Positions 10,107-18,851 are shown, numbered from the stretch's first letter. The stretch is 64,000 bases of DNA from Candidatus Latescibacterota bacterium (GCA_965205485.1 OZ242180.1:2400001-2464000); one strand, 5' to 3'. Program-made: numbers and translations. The notes: a model not told the origin generated them from the sequence alone.

Positions 10107-10874
10107 ATGAATTTGATCTCAGCCGGAGAGCAGTTCAATCGCCAGGCGGCCAGATACGCCGTGAGCGAAGCGCACTCATCGGGAGAGAGTCTGCGCATCC
10201 TCACGGGCTGGGCGGCCCTCGAACGCTACGCCATCGGTCTGGATATCGCAACGGGTCCCGGCTTCACGGCATTCGCGGTTGCCGGTTTCTGCGACACGAT
10301 CGTGGCATCGGACATCGCGCCGAGGATGCTGGACCAGGCCCGAAAAATCGCTGAAGAGCGGGGCATTGCGAACGTACGCTTTGAGATTGTCGATGCCTGC
10401 GATATTTCATATCCTGACGCATCGATCGACCTGGTCACCTGCAGGACGGCGCCTCACCATTTTCAGGAAATCGGCAGGTTTCTCTCAGAAGTCGACCGCG
10501 TGTTGAGACCGGGGGGCGTCTTCCTTCTGTGCGACACGACGACGTCGGAAGACCCGGATGTCGCGGCGTGGCATCATCGCGTGGAAGTGGAACGGGATCC
10601 AACGCATGTGTCGGCGCCTACGCCGAAGGAGTGGCGCAGGGACCTGAGCGGCACCGGATTCGAAATGACCCATACGGCGGACACGCGGGTGGACATGACG
10701 CTTCGGGAGTGGGTTGATCGATCAGGGACGCCGGCGGAGGCAGTGGAGGAATTGTATCGGGACTTCGCCGCCGCGCCGCGGGAAGTCAGAAACGCGTTCG
10801 GGATAAGCCGTTCAGGTGACGATGATTTCGAGTTCTATTGGCCGGTTTTCTGTTGTCGGTCCTTGAAGTCTTAA
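10107..10874 (+). CDS. Class I SAM-dependent methyltransferase
   Basis: LDIATGPG motif I, DLVTCR.APHHF, RVLRPGG. Confidence 0.9.
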   Translation: MNLISAGEQFNRQAARYAVSEAHSSGESLRILTGWAALERYAIGLDIATGPGFTAFAVAGFCDTIVASDIAPRMLDQARKIAEERGIANVRFEIVDACDISYPDASIDLVTCRTAPHHFQEIGRFLSEVDRVLRPGGVFLLCDTTTSEDPDVAAWHHRVEVERDPTHVSAPTPKEWRRDLSGTGFEMTHTADTRVDMTLREWVDRSGTPAEAVEELYRDFAAAPREVRNAFGISRSGDDDFEFYWPVFCCRSLKS

Positions 10875-10943
10875 TACCCGCGAAATCGCGAAACCCATGG
10901 GTCAACAAATCAATAATGTCGTCAACTCCGGGAGGGATCGATT

Positions 10944-11357
10944 ATGCCGTCGGCAACCGCTTGGACGTGCAAGCTGATTCGCTCGCAGGACGTCTTCACC
11001 GGCAAGCAGGCGTTTACCTACCGTAAGGGCGTAACCGCCGAAAACACCGGGTCCCGGGGTCTCAGCATGCACCTGCTGGCCATCCCTCCGGGCGAACGCG
11101 CCAAAGCGCACCTGCACGAAGACCACGAGAGCGCCGTCTACGTCATCAGTGGCAAGTCGGGAATGTGGTACGGCGAGAATCTGGAGGAGCACGTGCGCGT
11201 CGACAGCGGCGATTTCGTCTACATCCCGCCCGGTATGCCCCACCTCCCGTACAACGCCAGCGACACCGAACCCTGCATCGCCGTCATCGCCCGCACCGAC
11301 CCCAACGAACAGGAGAGTGTTCGGCTCCTGCCGGAGTTGGATGGGATTCACCCGTGA
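10944..11357 (+). CDS. Cupin-domain protein
   Basis: AHLHEDHESAVYV.SG and GDFVYIPPGMPH cupin motifs. Confidence 0.9.
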   Translation: MPSATAWTCKLIRSQDVFTGKQAFTYRKGVTAENTGSRGLSMHLLAIPPGERAKAHLHEDHESAVYVISGKSGMWYGENLEEHVRVDSGDFVYIPPGMPHLPYNASDTEPCIAVIARTDPNEQESVRLLPELDGIHP

Positions 11358-11419
11358 GAATGCACTGTGCCGTATCTTCCGGCGTCGGACCAGCTTCCGA
11401 TTCAGTGGTGAATCGGCAA

Positions 11420-12025
11420 TTACTGCAAATGACGCCGGACATATCCAATGCCATCGGCGAATTTCGTCAGCAGCAGGCAATCACGTGAACTCAGTTCAGT
11501 TTCGATATGCGGATTGGCGAAATCCCTGGAATTCCTGGTTATGAAACAGCATCGCTCCCGGGATTCTGCATTCAGATGGTCAAGAACGGAAGCATAAACA
11601 ATCGAATCTTGCGGGGAAAGGTTGAGCTTTTCTTGAAGACTTATCGCGGCGCTTATGACGTTTAATCCTACCGGTATCACTTCAACGGTCTGCAAAATTC
11701 CTTCCAGCGTTTCGTCCAGCCTGCGCTTTTCCTCTTCTCCGCTACGGATCAATATGCTGTTGAGTTCGTGGAAACGTTCGGATGCCGCTTCGTATGGACT
11801 TGAACGCGAGAGTTCTCGAATGGCCGTCGTGACGTCCTCGTGGATCTGTCGTCTTCGCTTCGTGCGGCGCACCCACGTTTCATAAGGCTCCCCAATGCTG
11901 AAGGCAGGCAAAACCAGGCTAATCTTACCAACTTCAGCGAGGCGCAAAAGTGCCGAGCACTCGTCATGCTCGGCCTGGAGAAAAGCAAGTTCAAGAACGA
12001 AATTTGACTCCAGATACACAATCAT
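11420..12025 (-). CDS. PIN-domain protein (DUF4935-like)
   Basis: N-terminal IVYLESNFV, LSPQDSIVYASV and FITRNSRDF acidic motifs typical of PIN folds. Confidence 0.75.
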   Translation of the reverse strand: MIVYLESNFVLELAFLQAEHDECSALLRLAEVGKISLVLPAFSIGEPYETWVRRTKRRRQIHEDVTTAIRELSRSSPYEAASERFHELNSILIRSGEEEKRRLDETLEGILQTVEVIPVGLNVISAAISLQEKLNLSPQDSIVYASVLDHLNAESRERCCFITRNSRDFANPHIETELSSRDCLLLTKFADGIGYVRRHLQ

Positions 12026-12474
12026 GTTGTTTCTTCGAGTTCTATCGAACCGTTTGAGATAGCTTCCGACAACCCCGAGTCAAAGAGCCACTGGGAATTT
12101 CCGTCTACCGAGCCATTACGCGAGTCAATATCAAGCAGATCTCCCAGCCAGGAAATCGTTATCAATTCGAGACCGTACCGGCTTAGAACATCAAGGGATA
12201 GGTCTGATTTGAGATATGGTGCGAAAATTTCATTAGCATCAATCTTGTAGTCAGGTTTTGCCAGATTATCTGCCGTAGATGCCGCCGTCCAAAGATAAAG
12301 GTAGTCGGGGAGGACAAGGAGGAAGTATGGAACCGGCGGCAAGAATGCATGGGCCAGCAGATTTCGCCGCATAAGTGTGGCCCACTCCGCAGAAGAGACA
12401 GGCGCCTTCTTGATTTCCACGACGAGTTGCAGGCTTCCATCCGCGCCGGACACCGCTATATCGACATTTTTCAT
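12022..12474 (-). CDS. Hypothetical protein with PD-(D/E)XK-like motif, coupled to the PIN gene
   Basis: VDIAV...LVVEIKK; stop codon overlaps the PIN start (ATGA). Confidence 0.55.
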   Translation of the reverse strand: MKNVDIAVSGADGSLQLVVEIKKAPVSSAEWATLMRRNLLAHAFLPPVPYFLLVLPDYLYLWTAASTADNLAKPDYKIDANEIFAPYLKSDLSLDVLSRYGLELITISWLGDLLDIDSRNGSVDGNSQWLFDSGLSEAISNGSIELEETT

Positions 12475-12577
12475 TTTCAGGTCCTTGACTCAATGACTGG
12501 CGTTATATCCTTGCAGCATGCACCAATGAATTCTTGAATCAGCGACGCCAGTTCGTCGGTCTATCGCTTACGGCTTG

Positions 12578-12606
12578 ATAATACCCACGCTCTCCGCCCG
12601 TGTCAA
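12578..12606 (-). promoter_or_regulatory. Sigma70-type promoter for the 12474/12025 gene pair
   Basis: Minus strand TTGACA-17 nt-TATTAT. Confidence 0.7.
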
Positions 12607-12813
12607 GGGATTGCCGCGAGAAAAACAGCCTCATGCTGCCTCGCGAGCCATCCCCGCATTCTCGACGATTCGGACTACTACTCAACCTCGCTCGATCATC
12701 CTTCGGTCGGCAGACTTCCGCACCTGCAACTCACTACGTTTCTTGAACAGCTGACAAGATGGTAAAACAGGAGCGGGAATTGTAGGTGGTGACGGAGGCA
12801 GGGATCCGATACC

Positions 12814-14862
12814 CTATCGAAGCGGTTGTTTCACTCGATTGAAGTCAACCTTGTACCGATCGAGGGCCTTGAGCGCCTTGTTCCGGGGATGGGGATATAC
12901 GTCGCGTGACTTTCTGAAGGACATGACGGCGGCGTTTGTCCGGCCCTGATTCTGAAGCAGCCTTCCCTTCTGATAGTACAGCTCGGCAAGCGTCTTCTTC
13001 TTCAACGCTTCATGCCTGAGCATCTCCGCCCTGGTCAACCACTTTCCCACCTGCTCCCAGTTCGAGCTGTTTCCGTTGTCCAGTACGACCGAGGCCATAC
13101 CCAGAAGGCTCGCGTAACTGCCGTGTGCGAGCCTGAACGGTTCCTGCAATTGCTCGAACACCGGGTCCCCGGTAAAATATGCCAATCCCAGATAGCGCCC
13201 GTAGTGGAACAGCATTTCGTTCCGGCGGACCCGCTCCCAGCGGTCGGTGGGTTTCCGGTTGATGAGCTGTACGAAGAATTCTTCGCCGCGAGGATGGCGC
13301 TTCAGCTTGATCGTCCCCGGTTTCCCGCCCCTTGCAGCTTCCATCAGGAAGCCGTAGACGCGTAACTCACGGTTGGGATAGATATCGACGTCCAGGGGCA
13401 AGAAGATCGCCCGTTCGTTCGAATCGATAAACCGTTCGAGTACCGCATCCCTCTTCTTTGTCGACATGAACGGGTTGAACAGGCGTTCGCCGTATACGAG
13501 ACCCTGCAGATTGTACAATGTGACATCCGGACGGCGGTTTTCGACGTATCGATAATAGCCGATCGGCCCGGTTGTATCTCCGAAGACGAACAGGACAGCG
13601 TCTTCCGGCAAGAGGTCCAGCTGCATTTCAGCATGCCGCTCGGCGAAGTCGTTTTCGGCCCTGTCGTTTGGCTTCCAGTGGGATTGGACTGACCACCAGA
13701 CCAGGCAGACCCCGGCGAGCACAGCAGCAGAGATTCCTACCTTCGGACCGTACGGCGTTTTGTCTGTGAATTTTCCCTTCAGCCAGTGGCAGACACACTG
13801 TAGTCCGATGCCCAGCCACAACGCCAGAAGACCGTAACACAATATCGAATACGGCCGGAAGACCGCGACCTGGAAATAGTCAAAATCGAAGCGCAGCAGG
13901 ACGATCAGCACAATGCTGTTTGTAAGGAAAACCAGCAATCCCGATACCGCAATATCGGTTTGGCGCTTGCGAAACAGGAGCATCAGGCCGAGCACCGACA
14001 GCGCGAATCCCGGTAACGTCAATTGCCAAAGGAATTCGTTTCCGAGCCACTGCATGAACCTGAACCGGTCATTCCATCCGGCGCTTGGGCTGATGTCGAC
14101 TTCGACATACCCCTGCCGGCTGAAGTAGAACCAGAACGCCTTCAGGGAATCGATCGAACCGTAGAAATTGATCAGAACGTCCTGGTGAGACCGCCAGACC
14201 ATCCAGGCATAGGGCAATACCGCGCAGCATGCGAGAACGGCGAGGAGCAGCGGAAGCTTCCTGTAGAGATTCCGCCGAACGGTAAAGGCCAGCACCGCGA
14301 GTCCGGGTGCTGACAGCACCGTGAGCGGCACGTGATTGGCCAGGCTAAATCCGTAAGCCGCGGCGGCGGCAATCCAGATGCCGGTGCGGTGAGGGTGACG
14401 GACGCCGTACAGCATCAGCGCGTAGATGCCAAAGAAAAACAGCGCATTGAGCGTGTAGACCTCGGTGACGACGGCCTGAGACCAGAAATGCTCTGAGGCG
14501 GCAAACAGCACGGAGGCTGTCAGGGCGGGAATGGGCGAGGCGCCGATCAGACGGATGCAAATGTAGACGCAGCCGCACGCGAGGGCGCCCAGCGTCGCGC
14601 TGGACAGATGGCCGAGGACGGCGACGCTGCCGAAGGGAAACTGCGTGAAGAGGTAGACGATCAGCGTAAAGAGAGGATATCCCGGCGGATGGGCGACACC
14701 CAGGTGCGCGCCGGCCATCAGGAACAACCCGTCGTCTTCCAACACGACGGTGCGAGGCATCGTCAGAACGTACAGAACCAGCGGCGCCAGGATAGAGGCA
14801 ACCAGAGCCGTGCCATCGCGAAACGGCTCGATCGATCCGCGCCTGGAGTGCGCGCGCATCAT
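12814..14862 (-). CDS. DUF2723 (TMEM260-like, GT-C fold) membrane glycosyltransferase with C-terminal TPR-like helices
   Basis: EDDGLF...GVAHPPGYPLF, FWSQAV.TEVYTL and LANH motifs; multiple TM helices. Confidence 0.8.
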   Translation of the reverse strand: MMRAHSRRGSIEPFRDGTALVASILAPLVLYVLTMPRTVVLEDDGLFLMAGAHLGVAHPPGYPLFTLIVYLFTQFPFGSVAVLGHLSSATLGALACGCVYICIRLIGASPIPALTASVLFAASEHFWSQAVVTEVYTLNALFFFGIYALMLYGVRHPHRTGIWIAAAAAYGFSLANHVPLTVLSAPGLAVLAFTVRRNLYRKLPLLLAVLACCAVLPYAWMVWRSHQDVLINFYGSIDSLKAFWFYFSRQGYVEVDISPSAGWNDRFRFMQWLGNEFLWQLTLPGFALSVLGLMLLFRKRQTDIAVSGLLVFLTNSIVLIVLLRFDFDYFQVAVFRPYSILCYGLLALWLGIGLQCVCHWLKGKFTDKTPYGPKVGISAAVLAGVCLVWWSVQSHWKPNDRAENDFAERHAEMQLDLLPEDAVLFVFGDTTGPIGYYRYVENRRPDVTLYNLQGLVYGERLFNPFMSTKKRDAVLERFIDSNERAIFLPLDVDIYPNRELRVYGFLMEAARGGKPGTIKLKRHPRGEEFFVQLINRKPTDRWERVRRNEMLFHYGRYLGLAYFTGDPVFEQLQEPFRLAHGSYASLLGMASVVLDNGNSSNWEQVGKWLTRAEMLRHEALKKKTLAELYYQKGRLLQNQGRTNAAVMSFRKSRDVYPHPRNKALKALDRYKVDFNRVKQPLR

Positions 14863-15422
14863 CCGGTACCGTCCTGCACGTTATCCCCAGCCTCGGGAGG
14901 GGCCTCGCGAAATGTCCAGAGAGAATTGACGGAATAGTTCAGCACACCGGCGGGGGCGATCGCACACCCCTGCAGGATTACCAGCGGCACATCCGCGAAC
15001 TGTACGGAAAGCAGGACGAACGTGCCGTAACTCAACATTAGCGACACGAGCGATACAAGATGATATTTCAACCCCCGAATCCGGCGCTTTCCTGGCAGCG
15101 AGCGACTCCCGAAGGTCCAGTAGTTGTTGAGCAGAAAATTGGAGACGATGGACAGCTCGATCGCAATCGGCGACGCCAGCAGCGCGTGTACGCCGAGATT
15201 GAGCATCAATTGAAACGAACCGAGATTCACAACCACGCCGCCAAGGCCCGTGAGCGCGAATTTTCCGAATGTCGGAGAAAGTAATTTTCCGAATAGACGC
15301 ATGGAATTCGATGGGATGCGGGTGGTGAACAGATACGGTACGGAACGCGCCTGAGAACCCTGGCGTTCGAAGAGATTCAACAAGCGTGCGTACCACGGCG
15401 TACGCAGCGATGGTGTCTCCAA
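14859..15422 (-). CDS. GtrA-family membrane protein
   Basis: KFALTG..G.VVN, SNFLLNNYWTF and NYSVNSLWTF motifs; true start may be downstream (ATG about 15302). Confidence 0.85.
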   Translation of the reverse strand: METPSLRTPWYARLLNLFERQGSQARSVPYLFTTRIPSNSMRLFGKLLSPTFGKFALTGLGGVVVNLGSFQLMLNLGVHALLASPIAIELSIVSNFLLNNYWTFGSRSLPGKRRIRGLKYHLVSLVSLMLSYGTFVLLSVQFADVPLVILQGCAIAPAGVLNYSVNSLWTFREAPPEAGDNVQDGTG

Positions 15423-15576
15423 GTTTAACGATATCCGCTCTCCTCGGCAACAGTTACGGGATGTCGAATGTGGCGGGTCGTACCCCGCTTAGTTTTTCGT
15501 TGACTTCACAGACATCAGACAACTGACCGTCGAACGCGCGCCGAATTCATACATCCGACCGCTTCTGTCGAGACAC

Positions 15577-15608
15577 ACACCGGTGGCTCTTGCCAACGGT
15601 GTTTTTTT
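15577..15608 (+). terminator. Rho-independent terminator-like hairpin
   Basis: ACACCGGTGGC-TCTT-GCCAACGGTGT (one mismatch) followed by a T run. Confidence 0.55.
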
Positions 15609-15784
15609 ATGTGGTGACGCTACTTCTCAGGTTCGGAGCGGTGCAAGATGCAACATGGTTTCATCCGGGTGACGCAGAATGGAACACATCGTTCAGCAAC
15701 CGGACGTCGACAAACGGGCTGCAGGGAGGCTGGCGATTTTTTCTCTTTTGCACTCCAGACAGTTAGGTCCCGGGGTATTGTGAG

Positions 15785-15800
15785 TGGCACAATCCTTGCG
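15785..15800 (+). promoter_or_regulatory. Sigma54 (-24/-12) promoter upstream of the peptide precursor genes
   Basis: TGGCACAATCCTTGCG: GG-N10-GC spacing with TGGCAC and TTGC boxes. Confidence 0.7.
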
Positions 15801-15829
15801 AGTCCAATTCGTCGAAGGAGGCGCGATAC

Positions 15830-15931
15830 GTGCACGAGACGCGTGGCTCGATGTCTCCAATGATTCGCATCAAGAGCAGCGCCAAAGGGGGTGTGTCGAG
15901 ACCGCGAAATGACACGCATAACCCTTTGTAA
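15830..15931 (+). CDS. Possible 33-aa small ORF (MHETRGSMSPMIRIKSSAKGGVSRPRNDTHNPL)
   Basis: AAGGAGG 8 nt before GTG, directly after the sigma54 site; below the ORF-track size cutoff. Confidence 0.35.
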   Translation: MHETRGSMSPMIRIKSSAKGGVSRPRNDTHNPL

Positions 15932-16027
15932 ATCAAGACATTTTGGCGGCGCACATCAGCATACGGTTTATCAGGAAACGGCATCGTTTGGTTGTCGCCG
16001 GGATGTCTACGAAAGGAGGTGATTGAC

Positions 16028-16231
16028 ATGAAGAGACGCATTGCATCACGCCTTGTAGACACGTCCGGAATTCCGTCTCGGTTGCCCATCCGGACGGAGG
16101 ACCTGACTGACGGGCAGACGGCTCGCATCTCCGGTGGAGCCATACGCTGGCGGGCGATACTGAAAGATGTGTTCGGCATCGATCTGGGCACGAATTTGCC
16201 GGAAACAGGCGCGGCTGGTCCATTGCTGTAG
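16028..16231 (+). CDS. Double-glycine-leader peptide precursor 1 (67 aa)
   Basis: RBS GAAAGGAGGTGA; 37-aa leader ending EDLTDGQTARISGG; core AIRWRAILKDVFGIDLGTNLPETGAAGPLL. Confidence 0.8.
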   Translation: MKRRIASRLVDTSGIPSRLPIRTEDLTDGQTARISGGAIRWRAILKDVFGIDLGTNLPETGAAGPLL

Positions 16232-16315
16232 TATTCGAGTTGCATACCAACCAGGTATGTTGCCTGGAAAATCAAACAGGATGTCATACGGACACAATAG
16301 AAAGGAATTGACGAA

Positions 16316-16504
16316 ATGACGGACCAGATCCTTGCCACGTCAGCTCAGGCATCTGTGGCCTGCGCTCAACTCCCAGAACAAGAAATCGGCCTGGCACGTC
16401 GTGAGATGGTGAATACATCGGGGGGTCTTCTACCACCAATTCCGCTTCCTTTAGCCCGTCTGATTGCCGAGATCATCAAGGATTACCTTGACGACGGGGA
16501 TTGA
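16316..16504 (+). CDS. Double-glycine-leader peptide precursor 2 (62 aa)
   Basis: RBS AGAAAGGA; 37-aa leader ending IGLARREMVNTSGG; core LLPPIPLPLARLIAEIIKDYLDDGD. Confidence 0.75.
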   Translation: MTDQILATSAQASVACAQLPEQEIGLARREMVNTSGGLLPPIPLPLARLIAEIIKDYLDDGD

Positions 16505-16953
16505 AGTGGGGGCCAACAGGACGAAGTCTCTCCCATTCGCCGGCCTCCGCTGTTGTGAATTCGAACTGAATCTTCAACGACCTCGTTTTTCCAATCTGAT
16601 CTTCTCCAATAGCGAAGACGAAGCCGCAAGGGTCGTCAGCGATCTGAAAACTCAACGAGTTGTGGCGATTCTGGGGAGATCCGAAAACGGCTACTTTCTG
16701 CGCATCGTTGAAGCGGCCAGAAAAAACGTGCATTAATGGCAGAGCGGATTAGTTTTAGGTTTGGGGTGAGTTCTGTGGCCTGCCATCAACCTATCGGAGG
16801 TCTCGGTGCCTCCGGCGCGGTCGGAGATCGCGTAAACGGTTTAGCCGAAATTTTCAGATCCATAGCCGTCTCGTGTTGCCAGCGTTTCGGCGAAGCTACA
16901 AACACAACGGACGTTAACTTCGGGATAATCGACTGACTCTACAGGAGGTAATC

Positions 16954-17238
16954 ATGACTCATGCATTGGCGAATCCGATGGCGACTGATGGCGGTCTTAT
17001 GGTCGTAGACTGCAATCCGCTTCAGCGGCAGGAAGAAACGCTTAACAGCGGGCAAATGGGAGACACACAGGGCGGAATCTTGATTGGACCGGCCCTTTAC
17101 TTGATTGCAAAAGCCGCTGCACCCTATGTGGCGGGTGCTGTTACTGCAATCGTCGTTGGAGTGGTTCTCGCTGAGATTGCGCCGAACAACGGGTGCAATA
17201 GCTGTACGTGCAACACAAGGCCACCTGGACGCCGTTAG
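16954..17238 (+). CDS. Double-glycine-leader peptide precursor 3 (94 aa)
   Basis: RBS ACAGGAGGT; 41-aa leader ending ETLNSGQMGDTQGG; hydrophobic 53-aa core with a CNSCTC tail. Confidence 0.8.
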   Translation: MTHALANPMATDGGLMVVDCNPLQRQEETLNSGQMGDTQGGILIGPALYLIAKAAAPYVAGAVTAIVVGVVLAEIAPNNGCNSCTCNTRPPGRR

Positions 17239-17247
17239 GTTTCGTGC

Positions 17248-17282
17248 GTGGGATAGGAGCGATTTGTTCGCTCCTATCCCAC
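17248..17282. other. Perfect 15-bp hairpin after precursor 3
   Basis: GTGGGATAGGAGCGA-TTTGT-TCGCTCCTATCCCAC; no U-tract. Confidence 0.75.
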
Positions 17283-17315
17283 AAAGACCAATAGACACAA
17301 CACTGGAGGTCCCGG

Positions 17316-18128
17316 ATGAAGGACATCATCCACACACGATCGCGGAGGGGTTGGGTCTTCGCGGCCATATCGTACACGCTGTTTTCCGTTGTGCCTGCTC
17401 TGCTGATTCTCAGATACGTCATTCAAATCGATCTTGCGATCCTGACAGCGGTCCTGGCCAGTCAGGCAGTGTCGTTTATAATCTTCCGAAAAAAGCTCTA
17501 TGAAACTGCAGCGGTAATGATGAGCGCGGTCCGCGGATTACTTGAGTCGAGTCCCGGCGCTATTGAACCAGGCCAGGATTCTAACGTCACCGAAGTGATT
17601 CTTGAAAAACAAGAGATGTACAGTTTATACTTTTTGATGTTCTGGATTTCGGGAATGTCTGTCATCGGGGTAGATGCTTTGCTTCCGTGGGCAATAGAAC
17701 TGCGATTTCCTCTTGTTGATCTATGGAAATTGATTGGAGGATTAATCGCCTTGTATGTGATTCACGAAGCGCTTCACGGTCTCGCCGCGATGGCGTGGGG
17801 AAAAATTCCATTTAGTTCGCTGCACTTTGGAATCAACGTGCGATTAATGGCCTTTTACTGCCACGCTGACAAACCGATGACACTGAGCGCATACCGGGCA
17901 TTCGCGCTACTGCCGTTAATCGTAACAACACCTGCCGCGGTTTTAGTTCTGTCGTTTGATCCGGCGATCTGGTCGGTCTTGATACTATGTTCCACGTTTG
18001 CCGGGGGCGCGGGAGATGTGATGGTTTTTTTCAAGGCTCGCAGGTATGACAATGACAGTTGGATTCAGGATCATTTGTCAGAAGTGGGTTTCACAATGTT
18101 TCCCGCAGGGGAGACACCCGCACGCTAA
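17316..18128 (+). CDS. DUF3267-like putative zincin membrane metallopeptidase
   Basis: IHEALHG (HEXXH), AFYCH, LLPL, GAGD and IQDH motifs; several TM helices; GGAGG RBS. Confidence 0.8.
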   Translation: MKDIIHTRSRRGWVFAAISYTLFSVVPALLILRYVIQIDLAILTAVLASQAVSFIIFRKKLYETAAVMMSAVRGLLESSPGAIEPGQDSNVTEVILEKQEMYSLYFLMFWISGMSVIGVDALLPWAIELRFPLVDLWKLIGGLIALYVIHEALHGLAAMAWGKIPFSSLHFGINVRLMAFYCHADKPMTLSAYRAFALLPLIVTTPAAVLVLSFDPAIWSVLILCSTFAGGAGDVMVFFKARRYDNDSWIQDHLSEVGFTMFPAGETPAR

Positions 18129-18249
18129 GCGACCGTAAACGGAACCGCTACAAGGGTATCCGGCAGGCGCATTACAAGAACATGGATGACTTCCACGACG
18201 TTCGGTTAAGGTAGTTCCACCTAACATCCCGCCGGCATCTACAATCGAT

Positions 18250-18851
18250 ATGGATTCACAAGAGATCACCAACAGGGATTCCCACGAGGTCCTCACGATC
18301 CGGACAGGCGCGCTTGCGATGTTCCTGCTTTCGCTTGTGATGTTTTTTGTCGCGGTAAACGTGGCCCGTGTGGTGCACTCGGGCTTGTCCGGATGGAATA
18401 TTGACCTCCAGCCGGACAGTTTCAATCTGTGGGTGTTTCTGGGAAGTCTCGTCTTGCTGGTGGTTGTCCACGAAGCGTTGCATGCCCTGGCCGCATTGCT
18501 GTGGGAAAGGCGCATTTAAGTTCGATTCGTTTCGGGTACAATTTGAAATGGCTCATCGCCTACTGTCATTGCTCGAGCCTGATGAGGAAGCGCGCCTTTC
18601 GCAGATTCCTGCTGTTGCCCCTCGCGGTCACAGTGCCGTTTGCCGGTCTTTTCCTTCTGTTGTACCCGTTTTTGTGGACACTCCTGCTCTTCAGTTTGAG
18701 TTTTTCTGCATGTGCGGGGGATGTGTTGATTGATTTCAAGGTCCAGAATTTGCCCGCCGACCTGTGGGTTCAGGATCACCCTTCGGAAATCGGATGCTAT
18801 GTCTGGCCTGAAGGGCAATCTCCGCCAGGTGGTGGAGTGTATCGGGGGTAG
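18250..18851 (+). pseudogene. Second DUF3267-like peptidase, split by a 1-nt frameshift near 18503-18505
   Basis: VHEALHA in the 18250 frame ends at TAA 18517; AYCH, LLPL, CAGD and VQDH continue in the -1 frame; one extra G restores W-G-K as in the paralogue. Confidence 0.75.

Noticed and set aside
16464..16936. ORFs 16464-16736 and 16736-16936 as additional precursors
   Set aside because: No convincing RBS and no L(-12)...GG leader pattern
18503..18509. GGGAAAG as a programmed -1 frameshift site
   Set aside because: The heptamer is not in the X XXY YYZ register of the upstream reading frame (codons are TGG GAA AGG); a simple 1-nt deletion explains it better
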